From Bacteroidales bacterium (GTDB lineage: Bacteria; Bacteroidota; Bacteroidia; Bacteroidales; ML635J-15): 64,000 nucleotides of DNA. The notes under the pieces were generated by a model that was given only the letters and a program-made list of their open reading frames with translations, searched no databases and was not told where the DNA came from. The stretch is taken from assembly GCA_017617125.1 (NCBI GenBank), contig JAFZWY010000051.1, forward strand, positions 16,008 through 80,007. The letters are read 5' to 3'. The first letter of the stretch is position 1. Each line of letters opens with the position of its first letter. A program made the position numbers and the translations under genes. Shown here piece by piece: positions 19,530-29,100 of this stretch.

Positions 19530-21509
19530 TTAAAGTTTTATGAAATTTATCTTATAAACCTTGCCGTCAACATTGATGCTTGCAATGTAATTTCCTGATA
19601 CAAGGTTAGATACATCGATATTTCCGTTGCCGTTTCCTATCTGCGACATGTAAACTTGCTTTCCGTCGGCGCCAATAATTTCAATCTTGTAATCCTTTCC
19701 GTCGGGAACATTGATGTTAAGGATGTCGCTTGTCGGGTTCGGGAACAGTTCGATTCCTTCAATAAGATTTTCGTCCGACTTGGTAATGATAATGTAGTTG
19801 TTGGTACGCTTGAAGTCGCTGCAGATTGAATCTTCGGAATATGCAGTGAGTTTTACCGGGAAGGTACCTGCATTGTAGTAGATTACCTGCGGGTTCTGTT
19901 CGGTTGATGTTTCAGGTATAGCGCCTTCGAATTCCCAGCTCCAGTAGAATGCGTTTTCGCTGAGGTCGGTGAAGCTTACGATTTCTCCTCTTTCGGCCTG
20001 AGTGTTTTCTGAAGTGAAGTTTGCGATTACAAGGCCTACTACCTTAATGTAGTCTTCCTTTGTGATTCTGTCGCTGTCGACTTCGTTGTAGGCGGTGAGC
20101 TTAACCGAATACCTGCCTTCGGTGTTGTAGGTTACAACCGGATTTGGGTCGGTCGAAAACTCTGGGGTTCCACCGAAGAACTGCCACTGGATGTTGGTTG
20201 AGTTTGTAGCTGCTGAATGGAAAGTTACGGTCTGTCCTTCGCATATAGCGGTGATGTCGGCGTTGAAGTCGGCGGTAACTGTGCCGTGTACAATAATCAT
20301 GTTGTTTATTGTCTTCGATATTTCGCAGTTGTCGTTCGACACTGTGAGGCTGACGCTATATGTGCCGGGAGTGTTGTATCTTACCGTCGAGTTCTGTTCG
20401 GTCGATGTCGATGGCGTTCCGCCCGGGAACGACCACGACCATGCTGTCGGGTCTTGGGTCGAGAGGTCGGTGAAGTGTACCTGTTCGCCTTCGATGATTT
20501 CTGTAACGTCGGCTGTGAAGTCGGGGACGATTGGTGCCGGCTCTTCTGGAAAGGTAGGCATTTCGTCGTCGTTGACTGTTACATAATTTTCGATTGCAAG
20601 TTCGCGTAGCTTGGCCTTCAGTGTAATTATGCTTCGGGTGTACTTTTCGTTGGTTATCCATAGGCGGCTACTGTCGCGGAACGCGATACCCTCGGTCTGG
20701 TTGTATCGTATGATATCGGTCAAGCCTGCAGCCGACAGTTCGGTAGTCTCTACAGAGCCAGAGAAGAAATCATTGTCTTCGAAGTTGCGAAGCAATGTAA
20801 TGTATGGCCTCGATTCGGGCAAAGTTCCCGAAACGTCGTATGTGTAACCGAGGAGTGCTACTGTATTTGTCTGGTAGTCGTAGTCGGCGGCGCATACAAG
20901 GTAGTCGAGCTGCAAAGTGTCTACCGGGGTTATAGTGTGGAAATAGTTTGCCTTGTTGGGTATTGCGTACAGGTATGTCTGATGGTCAACCCAGTTCTTC
21001 GAGAATAGGAACAAGGTGTCGTCCTTGGCGATGAAAGCCTCGCAGTCGAAGCGTGTGTTTGTCACCGAATAATCGGGTTCCGGGTAGTCGGGGTTGCCGT
21101 AGGTGAAGTTGATGACGCGCGATTCGATGACGCTCAGTTCCGGATTTTCAAGATCTTCGATCTTTATGCGGATGATACGCGGATTAGTGTTCATTGCACC
21201 AAAGTCGCCGATGTAAATGTAGGTTGCATCCTTTGCAAGGTCTTCCCAGTCGATATTTGTTACGCCCGAGATGGTCTTGCGTTCCAATATTTCACCAGTA
21301 GCGGTATCGACGCTGTAAAGCATAGGCTCGCCTTCGGAGTCGTTGTGCGTCCATAGTTTTCCGTTGTGGAAAATAAGGCCTGAAGTTTCCTCTATTTCGT
21401 CGGGCAGTTCGCCTACAAGTATTGTTGCTGAACTTACCTGTGCATACGATGCTCCTATGCTTAGCAATAGAATTGCTGCGGCTGCGATTAGTTTCTGTAT
21501 TGCTGTCAT
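19530..21509 (-). CDS. T9SS cargo protein (659 aa): N-terminal beta-propeller-like domain, 3 PKD-like domains, C-terminal sorting domain
   Basis: Signal peptide. PKD-like units carry W.W.F.GGTP..ST.QNP.V.Y...G.Y.V.L. The C-terminus LFPNPTSDILNINV...GNYIASINVDGKVYKINFIKL fits a T9SS type-A-like CTD. Confidence 0.85.
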   Translation of the reverse strand: MTAIQKLIAAAAILLLSIGASYAQVSSATILVGELPDEIEETSGLIFHNGKLWTHNDSEGEPMLYSVDTATGEILERKTISGVTNIDWEDLAKDATYIYIGDFGAMNTNPRIIRIKIEDLENPELSVIESRVINFTYGNPDYPEPDYSVTNTRFDCEAFIAKDDTLFLFSKNWVDHQTYLYAIPNKANYFHTITPVDTLQLDYLVCAADYDYQTNTVALLGYTYDVSGTLPESRPYITLLRNFEDNDFFSGSVETTELSAAGLTDIIRYNQTEGIAFRDSSRLWITNEKYTRSIITLKAKLRELAIENYVTVNDDEMPTFPEEPAPIVPDFTADVTEIIEGEQVHFTDLSTQDPTAWSWSFPGGTPSTSTEQNSTVRYNTPGTYSVSLTVSNDNCEISKTINNMIIVHGTVTADFNADITAICEGQTVTFHSAATNSTNIQWQFFGGTPEFSTDPNPVVTYNTEGRYSVKLTAYNEVDSDRITKEDYIKVVGLVIANFTSENTQAERGEIVSFTDLSENAFYWSWEFEGAIPETSTEQNPQVIYYNAGTFPVKLTAYSEDSICSDFKRTNNYIIITKSDENLIEGIELFPNPTSDILNINVPDGKDYKIEIIGADGKQVYMSQIGNGNGNIDVSNLVSGNYIASINVDGKVYKINFIKL

Positions 21510-21520
21510 ATTGTTGTGTT

Positions 21521-24500
21521 TTATAATTTTATGAATTTATATGTTTTCGTTCCGTTTTCTGTAGTAATGATAAGATTGTAGTTGCCTGCCGGCAAAGTTG
21601 ATACGTCGATAGTCGAATTGGACTCGATATGTTCGTCCGACTCGAGCAACAGAGCTCCTGTCTGTGTGCATATAGTGTACGAATAAGGCATTCCGCTGTT
21701 TTCGATGTTCAGATTTCCCGATGTCGGGTTGGGGTATACCGAGAAGCGGCTTGATATTTCGTCAATGCCTTCTCCTTCGCCACCGCCTTGGCTTGTGCTG
21801 TCGGTAACCTCGATGAGGTTTTCTACGATTATCCTGTCGTTGCAGTGTTCGTTCCATGCTTCGAGCGATACCCAGAACGTACCCATGATGTTATACTGGA
21901 CTGTTGGATTCAGTGCTGACGATACGCTTGGACTTCCGCCTGCAAATACCCATTCGATTCTGTCGGCATTGCTGCACTGGCTTGTGAACTCAAGCGATTG
22001 TCCTTGTACAACGGTGCTGTCCGAAACTGAGAATTCTGCTTTTGCTGCGGGATAAACGGTTATCATGCTGTCTACTGCCATGTACTTGCTGGTGGCCATA
22101 TTCGCAACCTGCAGGCTTACATTGTATGTGCCGGGTTCTGTATATGTAACGGTAGGATTTTGTTCGCTAGAAATTTGTGGAGTTCCTCCTTCGAATTCCC
22201 AGTGAAGGTAGCCTGCAGAACCTTGGTTGTTGGTACTTCTGAAACGAATCTCGCCTCCTGCGCAGACTTCTGTGGTGTCGGCAGTGAAGCTGAATTCAAT
22301 CTCCGGATAAACGGTTACACCGTAATTCAATGTTTCGCCTGTGCAGAATTCGTTGCTGGCAACGAGAGTCAAGCCGTATTCGCCTGGACGGCTGTATGTC
22401 ACGCTTGGGTTCTCTTCGGTTGAAGTCCTTGGATTTCCGCCTTCAAAGTACCACATCCACGAGGTTGCATTTTCGCTGACATTATTGAAAGTTATGGTGT
22501 CGCCAACTGTTGCGAATTCGCCTTCAGGAACCATTGCCAATGCTGTGTATACTCGCGGAACAACCACGATGTTGTTTTCCATAACGACTATTGTGGTGTC
22601 AACTGGGTTTGATGCAATTAGCACTACATTATAAGTGCCTGGGGTATTGTACGTAACTGTCGGGTTTTGTTCGGTTGATGTTTCGGGAGTGCCGCCAACA
22701 AACATCCAGTTGTATGCAGTTACGCCTTCGCCTGTGCCTTCGAAATGAACCTCGTAGCCTGCACACAGCGTATCGATGTCGGCAGTTGCGCTTGCGCTAA
22801 TTGGCGGATATACTGTGACAGCCTGTTCGAGCAGAGTGGTTTGTTCGCAGGTTCCGTTGTTGGTTGTGAGCGATATGGAGTATGTTCCTGGTTCTTCGTA
22901 AGTTACCATAGGAAATTGCTCTTCAGAAGTTGCAGGTGTGCCGCCTTCGAATTCCCAGTGCCACCATACTTCGTTGCCTTCGCCTGGTTCTGTGGCAAAC
23001 ATAAGCGATCCGCCCTGTGAGACATCGGTTCCCTGTAGGGCTATAATATTGGCTTCTGAATGAGGAACTACCTGTATGTAGTTTTCGATTGTGATAGTGT
23101 CGGTGCTAAGAGGATTATTTACTATCATCGTAACGCCATACAATCCTGGGTTTTCGTAAGTTACTACAGGATTGAGTTCGGTCGACATTTCAGGCATACC
23201 GCCTTCGAAGTACCATTCCACGTCGTAGGCACCCTGGCTGGCATCGATGTATTCGACAGGTTCGTTTACACATGCGGCCATGACGTTTGACGAGAATGCA
23301 GCCTTGGCGGTGTCGAGAACATGGATGTATTTCGTTTTTGTCTTTGTGAGCTGGCAGTTGTCGTTGGTTGCCCTAAGCGACACATTGAACCTTCCTGCGG
23401 TGTTGTATTTGATGGCTGGCGGTGTCTGCAGGGTCGACGACGACGGCGTTCCGCGTGTGAATGTCCAGCGGTATGCAGTCGGGTTTTGAGTACAACTTTC
23501 GGTGAAGTTTACGCTTTGTCCTCTGAGGATAAGTGTGTCGCTTGCTTCGAAGTTGATTACGATGGCTGGCGGTTCTTCGGGGAACGACGGCTCTTCGTCG
23601 GTATTCACTATTGGAAGTCCGCTAAGTGGAATTTCCCTGAGGTGTGCGGGAATTGTTACTGCTTGTATTCCCTGTATTGTCTTTATGTACTTTTCGTTTG
23701 TTATCCACAAACGTCCGCTGTCGCGGAATGTTATGCCTTCAATTTGGTTGTATGTGATTCCTGTCGATTGGAAAATAAGCGACGATGGGCTTGTATATTC
23801 TTTTGTCTCAACAATTCCCGAATCGAAATCGTTTCCAGTAAACCCAGTGAAGATTGTGATAAATGGGTTTGATGTCGGAAGTGTACTTGAATTGTCGTAT
23901 GTGTATCCGCACAGAGCTACAGAGTTGGTTTCGTAGTTGTAGTCGGCACCGGTAACCATATAATCAAGTTGGATTGTGTCGATAGGATATAAAGTCGTCC
24001 ATGTGTAGTTGGCCTTGTTGGGTATGGCGAACACGTAGCAGTCGCTACCTCTCCAGTTCTTGGTAAACAGGAAAATAGTATCATTTTTAACCATCATGGC
24101 TTCGCAGTCGAACTTGGTGTCGTTTTTGCCAGCGTCCGATTCGGGGTAGAAGGCCGAGTTGAACTTGAATGAGATTGACCTTGCGGTTACAGTGTCGAGG
24201 TCCGGGTTTTCAAGGTCTTCCCACTTGATGCGGTGAATTTTTTGGTTTGTTCTTTTGCCATTAACGTTGTTGCCTATGTCGCCAATGAAAAGATGAGTTG
24301 GACTTTTTGCCATATCTTCCCAGTCGTTTTTGCTTACTCCAGTTATGTATTTCCTGTCAATAATTTCTCCAGTAATAGTGTCGATTGAGAATATCACTGC
24401 AGCATTTCCAGAGTCGTTGTGAGTCCATAGCTTGCCGTTGTGGTAAATAACTCCCGAAGTTTCTTCTATTTCGTCGGGCAGGTTTTGTACCATCATTTGT

Positions 24501-24577
24501 GGGGTTCCGATAATCTGTGCTCTAAGGCTTAAGGCAAGAGCGGTCAATGTAAAAAGCAGGATTAGTCTATGCTTCAT
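21521..24577 (-). CDS. T9SS cargo protein (1018 aa), paralogue of 19530..21509 with about 7 PKD-like domains
   Basis: Same N-terminal domain (LPDEIEETSGVIYHNGKLWTHNDSG...LWITNEKY), a longer PKD array, and the CTD VYPNPTSGNLNIEN...GNYNLIITTENGTKTYKFIKL. It sits 11 bp upstream of its paralogue. Confidence 0.85.
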   Translation of the reverse strand: MKHRLILLFTLTALALSLRAQIIGTPQMMVQNLPDEIEETSGVIYHNGKLWTHNDSGNAAVIFSIDTITGEIIDRKYITGVSKNDWEDMAKSPTHLFIGDIGNNVNGKRTNQKIHRIKWEDLENPDLDTVTARSISFKFNSAFYPESDAGKNDTKFDCEAMMVKNDTIFLFTKNWRGSDCYVFAIPNKANYTWTTLYPIDTIQLDYMVTGADYNYETNSVALCGYTYDNSSTLPTSNPFITIFTGFTGNDFDSGIVETKEYTSPSSLIFQSTGITYNQIEGITFRDSGRLWITNEKYIKTIQGIQAVTIPAHLREIPLSGLPIVNTDEEPSFPEEPPAIVINFEASDTLILRGQSVNFTESCTQNPTAYRWTFTRGTPSSSTLQTPPAIKYNTAGRFNVSLRATNDNCQLTKTKTKYIHVLDTAKAAFSSNVMAACVNEPVEYIDASQGAYDVEWYFEGGMPEMSTELNPVVTYENPGLYGVTMIVNNPLSTDTITIENYIQVVPHSEANIIALQGTDVSQGGSLMFATEPGEGNEVWWHWEFEGGTPATSEEQFPMVTYEEPGTYSISLTTNNGTCEQTTLLEQAVTVYPPISASATADIDTLCAGYEVHFEGTGEGVTAYNWMFVGGTPETSTEQNPTVTYNTPGTYNVVLIASNPVDTTIVVMENNIVVVPRVYTALAMVPEGEFATVGDTITFNNVSENATSWMWYFEGGNPRTSTEENPSVTYSRPGEYGLTLVASNEFCTGETLNYGVTVYPEIEFSFTADTTEVCAGGEIRFRSTNNQGSAGYLHWEFEGGTPQISSEQNPTVTYTEPGTYNVSLQVANMATSKYMAVDSMITVYPAAKAEFSVSDSTVVQGQSLEFTSQCSNADRIEWVFAGGSPSVSSALNPTVQYNIMGTFWVSLEAWNEHCNDRIIVENLIEVTDSTSQGGGEGEGIDEISSRFSVYPNPTSGNLNIENSGMPYSYTICTQTGALLLESDEHIESNSTIDVSTLPAGNYNLIITTENGTKTYKFIKL

Positions 24578-24642
24578 ATTGGGTGTTTTTTATGTTTTCC
24601 TTTTATTGAATTTTTGTAGTCGAATATATCTTTATTAAAACG

Positions 24643-24672
24643 CAAAAAGCAACTGCAGAATTCTGCAGTTGC
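24643..24672 (-). terminator. rho-independent terminator after fbp
   Basis: Perfect 10-bp palindrome gcaactgcag-aatt-ctgcagttgc, followed on the minus strand by T5. Confidence 0.75.
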
Positions 24673-24696
24673 ATTCATTATCTTATTTTATAGCTG

Positions 24697-25719
24697 TTAA
24701 TCACCATATTCTGCCATAAATTCCTCTACTTTCTCCACCATTTCTTTCGAACCTACAACAAAAGGTGTGCGCTGGTGAATTTCGGTAGGAACGATGTCGA
24801 GTATGCGGTGTCCGTATCCGTCGGTAGCCTTGCCTCCTGCCTGTTCGGCTAGGAAAGCAATAGGATTGCACTCGTAGAGCAGACGGATTTTTCCGTTTGG
24901 CGACGATGCTGTGCGCGGATAGATATATACACCGCCCTTAAGCAGATTTCTGTGGAAGTCGGCTACGAGCGAACCGATGTAACGTGAGGTGTATGGACGG
25001 TTAGTCGGTTTGTCGATTTCCTGTACATACTTTATGTATCTCTTGATTCCTTCGGGGAACTTGAGGTAGTTACCTTCGTTAATTGAGTAAATCTTACCCT
25101 TTTCTGGGGTTACCATGAGTTCGTTCGACATGCAGAACTCGCCGATTGACGGTTCGTAGGTGAAACCTGTGGTTCCGAGACCAGTTGTGTAAACGAGCAT
25201 TGTTGACGAACCGTAGATTATGTAACCTGCTGCCACCTGCTTGTTGCCGGGCTGTAGGAAGTCTTCCTTTACAACTCTGGTGCCTGGCTTCGAAATACGG
25301 CGGTAGATTGAGAATATTGTACCAACCGATACGTTAACGTCGATGTTTGAACTTCCGTCGAGAGGGTCCATGCAGATGACGTAGTTGCTGTTGAGCGAAA
25401 GCTCATCGTCGAAGATGATGATGTCGTCTTCTTCTTCGGAAGCGATACCAGCCACCATACCCGAAGCTTGCAAAGCCTTGGTGAACATTTCTTCGGCGAA
25501 CACATCGAGTTTTTGCTGGGTTTCGCCCTGCACGTTGATGTTGTCGGTAGCGCCGAGGATGTTGGTCTCGAGGCCGGCACGGTTGATACTGTTGTTTACG
25601 ATTTTAGCAGCAAGACCAATGTTGCTTAAAAGTCTCGACAATTCGCCCTTTGCATATTTGAAAGCCGATTGTCTCTGAATTATAACCTCGTCAAGGGTTA
25701 TGAATCTGTTTGTAGCCAT
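24697..25719 (-). CDS. fbp: fructose-1,6-bisphosphatase class 1 (340 aa)
   Basis: Class I FBPase pattern (..GELSRLL..I..AAKIV...INRAGL..ILG......NVQGE.QQKLD.., [25 protein letters not shown]). Start chosen at [11 protein letters not shown]. Confidence 0.92.
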   Translation of the reverse strand: MATNRFITLDEVIIQRQSAFKYAKGELSRLLSNIGLAAKIVNNSINRAGLETNILGATDNINVQGETQQKLDVFAEEMFTKALQASGMVAGIASEEEDDIIIFDDELSLNSNYVICMDPLDGSSNIDVNVSVGTIFSIYRRISKPGTRVVKEDFLQPGNKQVAAGYIIYGSSTMLVYTTGLGTTGFTYEPSIGEFCMSNELMVTPEKGKIYSINEGNYLKFPEGIKRYIKYVQEIDKPTNRPYTSRYIGSLVADFHRNLLKGGVYIYPRTASSPNGKIRLLYECNPIAFLAEQAGGKATDGYGHRILDIVPTEIHQRTPFVVGSKEMVEKVEEFMAEYGD

Positions 25720-25808
25720 GATAATTTTATTGTTTTTTTTTGTTCGTTTTTCGTCTTTAAAATAAAACACGAAAGTACGTCTTTTCTTTTACATGGGCAA
25801 AACAATTC

Positions 25809-27788
25809 TTATTTTTCTATCTCCACAGCTATTATCTCTATCCGTCGTTCGCGGGCGGCGGCAGGATTATAGACCGAATTACGCTGGTCGTTGCGGTCGT
25901 CGCTAACGTTGGCAGCTGCCATTGTCTTGCCGAATGCTACGAATTTGTATTCAATCTGACCGCTTTCGATGTACTGGCGCAAGACGCCGTCTTCGTACTC
26001 GTCGAAAAAGTTCACAAGCGACGAAATCCTTCGTTTGGCAAGGTTGTTGTTGTATTCAACTGTGTTGAGAGGACTGGTGAAGCCCTTTATAGTTATTGCC
26101 ACCTTCTGTCCGCTTTCGAGCAGTTCCTTCATCATCTTGGTGAATTCGATGAGACGGTTGTAGTTTTCCTCTACCATGCTCGAGAAGAAAACATCGATGC
26201 TGTCGACTGCCTGCTCGCGGCGGGTGCGGTCGAGGCCTCTCGAGAACTCGCGGCGGTATTTTTCCTGCATCTGCATGTAGCTGAAATAGGTGTCGCTATA
26301 ATTCTGATTTGTGACTGTGTCCCACGAATTTGGATTTGGAATGTCGTTGTGGAAGTATAAGCTTATCGGCACGAGCAGACGTGTGCGCTGGGTAAGCGTG
26401 GCTATCCTTATTTCGGTTTCCATTGCTATGCGTTCCTCTTCGCTGACGAACTTTTCGATGTTGTAGTAGAAAATATCGTTGCAGCAGCTTTGGTGAGTCT
26501 GTGCCAATGCGCCTTTGCGGTTGCTGGTGAGGAAAGCAATGCCTTCTTCGGGATATACCTTGTAGTAGATGTCGTTTTGAGCCGAATTTATCGGATAGCC
26601 AAGATTTTTCACCGTATCCCACACCCTAAAATTCCCTTTGGTGGCGAAAATATCGAATGCACCTATTGTCTGGAAATGGTTGGAACTGAAATACAGGGTC
26701 GAATCGGTAGTGGTGTAGAAAGGTGTGATTTCGTCGCCTGGCGTGTTTATCAGCGATACGGTGTCATAAAATTGTGCAAAACGTTCGTCTTCAATTATTG
26801 GACGGCCAATGTTTTTCACCGAGCCGAAACTGCCGTCGGGTAGAATTTCGCACGAATATATGTCGTAACCGCCTTCGCCTCCAGGTCGGTTGCTCGACCA
26901 AAGCAGTATGTCGGGACGATAGCCAAACTCGATGAGGTGAGGTTGGGTCGAATTGTAGCCCTGTGGATTTATCTTTTCGGGCAAGATCTGCGGTTCGCTC
27001 CAGCCGTCGTCGGTGCGTGTGCACTGGTAGATGTATGTGTTGCCTGTTGCGAAGTTGTCGGTAAGCGAAAAGTAGATCCGGCTGCCGTCGTTGCTCATGC
27101 ATGGATTCGAAATGTCGGCTGGCGAAAGAGTGTTGAGACCAAGTTCGGCAACCGAGGCGAAATTATCGGCTTCGGAGCTGTAAATCTTTGAAATGTAGGT
27201 TTTTGCAGAGTCGTCTATTGGACGTATCGACGAGAACAGCACCTTGCCGTCCGACAGCGATGCTCCGAAGTCGCTGTAAACGCTGTTCATGCCATCGTCT
27301 GCATGTTTAATTTCCACTGCCTGCGGACGGTTTTGCTGCTTCCAGGCGTATTCGCAGTTCAGAATTTCCTGCTCGGCCTGCTCAGCTTTTGCCTTGTCGC
27401 CCTTGAAATTGTCTTTTTTTGCCAGCGTCATATACCGCTTGAAAAAATATTGCGCCCTCATAAAGTCTTCGTTCGACTTCAGCATCTGAGCATAGTAGTA
27501 GGTTGCATCGGGATATTTGTTTTCGGTCTTGTCGACCAATGTCTTGTAATGCACGAGAGCATTGGCGTAGTCGTTGTCGAGGCGATATGCTTCGGCAATT
27601 TTCCACACTACGTCGTACATCTTGTTGTCTAGCTTCAGGGCTTCCTCGTATAGTTTTGCTGCGCCATAGAAGTTTTTCTGCTTCATGGCATTGTCACCAC
27701 TGAATATCAAGCTGTTGATATCACGTTCCTGAGCCATTGCAATGCACGAAACGACCACAAACAGCCACAATGCGATAGTTTTTCGCAT
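25809..27788 (-). CDS. PorE-like T9SS-associated protein (659 aa): TPR, PD40 beta-propeller repeats, OmpA_C-like peptidoglycan-binding domain
   Basis: Signal peptide MRKTIALWLFVVVSCIAMAQE, TPR-like helices, PD40-type motifs (SNDGSRIYFS, ..STLYFSSN). The C-terminal ITIKGFTSPLNTVEYNNNLAKRRISSL...ERRIEI is OmpA-like. The domain order matches my recollection of P. gingivalis PorE (PG1058). Confidence 0.65.
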   Translation of the reverse strand: MRKTIALWLFVVVSCIAMAQERDINSLIFSGDNAMKQKNFYGAAKLYEEALKLDNKMYDVVWKIAEAYRLDNDYANALVHYKTLVDKTENKYPDATYYYAQMLKSNEDFMRAQYFFKRYMTLAKKDNFKGDKAKAEQAEQEILNCEYAWKQQNRPQAVEIKHADDGMNSVYSDFGASLSDGKVLFSSIRPIDDSAKTYISKIYSSEADNFASVAELGLNTLSPADISNPCMSNDGSRIYFSLTDNFATGNTYIYQCTRTDDGWSEPQILPEKINPQGYNSTQPHLIEFGYRPDILLWSSNRPGGEGGYDIYSCEILPDGSFGSVKNIGRPIIEDERFAQFYDTVSLINTPGDEITPFYTTTDSTLYFSSNHFQTIGAFDIFATKGNFRVWDTVKNLGYPINSAQNDIYYKVYPEEGIAFLTSNRKGALAQTHQSCCNDIFYYNIEKFVSEEERIAMETEIRIATLTQRTRLLVPISLYFHNDIPNPNSWDTVTNQNYSDTYFSYMQMQEKYRREFSRGLDRTRREQAVDSIDVFFSSMVEENYNRLIEFTKMMKELLESGQKVAITIKGFTSPLNTVEYNNNLAKRRISSLVNFFDEYEDGVLRQYIESGQIEYKFVAFGKTMAAANVSDDRNDQRNSVYNPAAARERRIEIIAVEIEK

Positions 27789-27814
27789 CTGTACCATTGC
27801 GGTTTTTGCTATCG

Positions 27815-28831
27815 TTACATGAATTCGGGACATTTCCTGTAGTATGGTGTTTCTAATGGTTTTGGCTTGGAGTAGATGTATATCAGCGACAGTTCGATGC
27901 CTCCGTTACCGCGGCTGATGCTGGTAAGTTTCGACAGGTTGATGTCGTAGTTGACTAGGAAGCGGACATTGTGGTATTGTACGCCAGCGCAGAGTATTCC
28001 AGCGTCGCTGGTACGGGCGAAGATGCCGAAGTATACTGCTTGCAGTCCCACTGGGTTGACATTCATACGTCCAAGTGCGCCAATGTCGAATTCGAGATAT
28101 TTCTGCTGTACCATACTGTAGAACATCGGGGCTATCCAGAAATCGTCCTTGACGTTAATGTCGCCTGTGGCGTGGACAATCCATTTTGCTGGCAGTCGCG
28201 AGTCGGTGCTGCCGAGGAAGGCTTTGTGTGGCTGGTGAGGGTGAGCTACTGAGAACCCGGCTTCGGCGGTCCAGTTGTCTTTTAGTCTGAGTATCATGTT
28301 GGTACCGATGGCGCAGTCGAAGTATCCGAAAGAGGTTTTCTGCCATTGTTCGCCCGAATCGCGGTTGGGGTCGTATCCGTCGGTTACGTATTGGTTGCCG
28401 AAGTTGAGTCGGTCGGTCTGTATTCCGTGGTGGGCGTAACCTGCCGAGAGACCGGCGCCAGCGAGTATTTTGCCTGCCAAGAACGGGTAGTAGTAGGCAG
28501 CACCGAGCATAATTTGTGTGGTTCCGAATTTGCCATCGCCGGCCACATCGCGGTTGATTACTATGCCGAGACCAGACTGGTCGTCGTTGGTAAACAGCGA
28601 CTTATGCGAATAATCGACACTGCCGGCAAAAGTACGGTATGCCTTTGTGAACGAGTTCCACTGGTTTTTGTTGTTGAGCACGGCACGCCAGTCTCCGTCG
28701 AAGTTGCCGATGTTGGCGGGCGATGTCTGCAATGGTGTAGAGTAAAACTGCGAAAAATGAATGTCCTGTGCGAAGGTTGTAGCCGCCGCAAGGAACAATA
28801 GTATCGCAGATATGTAAAAATATTTACTCAT
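27815..28831 (-). CDS. PorP/SprF family type IX secretion system membrane protein (338 aa)
   Basis: Signal peptide followed by AQDIHFSQFYSTPLQTSPANIGNFDGDWRAVLNNKNQW, the hallmark N-terminus of the PorP/SprF family. The remainder is beta-barrel-like. Start chosen at MSKYFYISAILLF. Confidence 0.85.
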   Translation of the reverse strand: MSKYFYISAILLFLAAATTFAQDIHFSQFYSTPLQTSPANIGNFDGDWRAVLNNKNQWNSFTKAYRTFAGSVDYSHKSLFTNDDQSGLGIVINRDVAGDGKFGTTQIMLGAAYYYPFLAGKILAGAGLSAGYAHHGIQTDRLNFGNQYVTDGYDPNRDSGEQWQKTSFGYFDCAIGTNMILRLKDNWTAEAGFSVAHPHQPHKAFLGSTDSRLPAKWIVHATGDINVKDDFWIAPMFYSMVQQKYLEFDIGALGRMNVNPVGLQAVYFGIFARTSDAGILCAGVQYHNVRFLVNYDINLSKLTSISRGNGGIELSLIYIYSKPKPLETPYYRKCPEFM

Positions 28832-28839
28832 ATGAATCA

Positions 28840-28847
28840 CAAAGATA
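28840..28847 (-). promoter_or_regulatory. -7 promoter box (TATCTTTG on the minus strand) for the porP/sprF-like gene
   Basis: Plus strand reads caaagata. Only 8 nt separate the box from the ATG at 28831. Confidence 0.55.
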
Positions 28848-29100
28848 ATGTTTTTTTTATTCCTCGCGGTGCTCATAGTGATTTTTTTACCACGAACCTT
28901 TAGCTCACCGTTCATACGTGGTTATGCATTTGCTCGTGTTTTTCTATTATAAATAAGTAAAATTACCCATTATTCTTTTATAGTTGTTGTTTCTTATATG
29001 CAATAATTTGAAAAATATAATACATTAATTTCTTCAATTTTAGTGTTCTGATTTTTTATAATTTTACAAGTTTTGGATTTGAATTTGAATTAAATATTTT

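Noticed and set aside
28916-29100. A possible invertible promoter (inverton) in the AT-rich divergent region between porP/sprF and giant gene 1
   Set aside because: I could not find flanking inverted repeats of useful length, and no perfect -7 box for the giant gene. There is only generic AT-rich sequence and no nearby recombinase.
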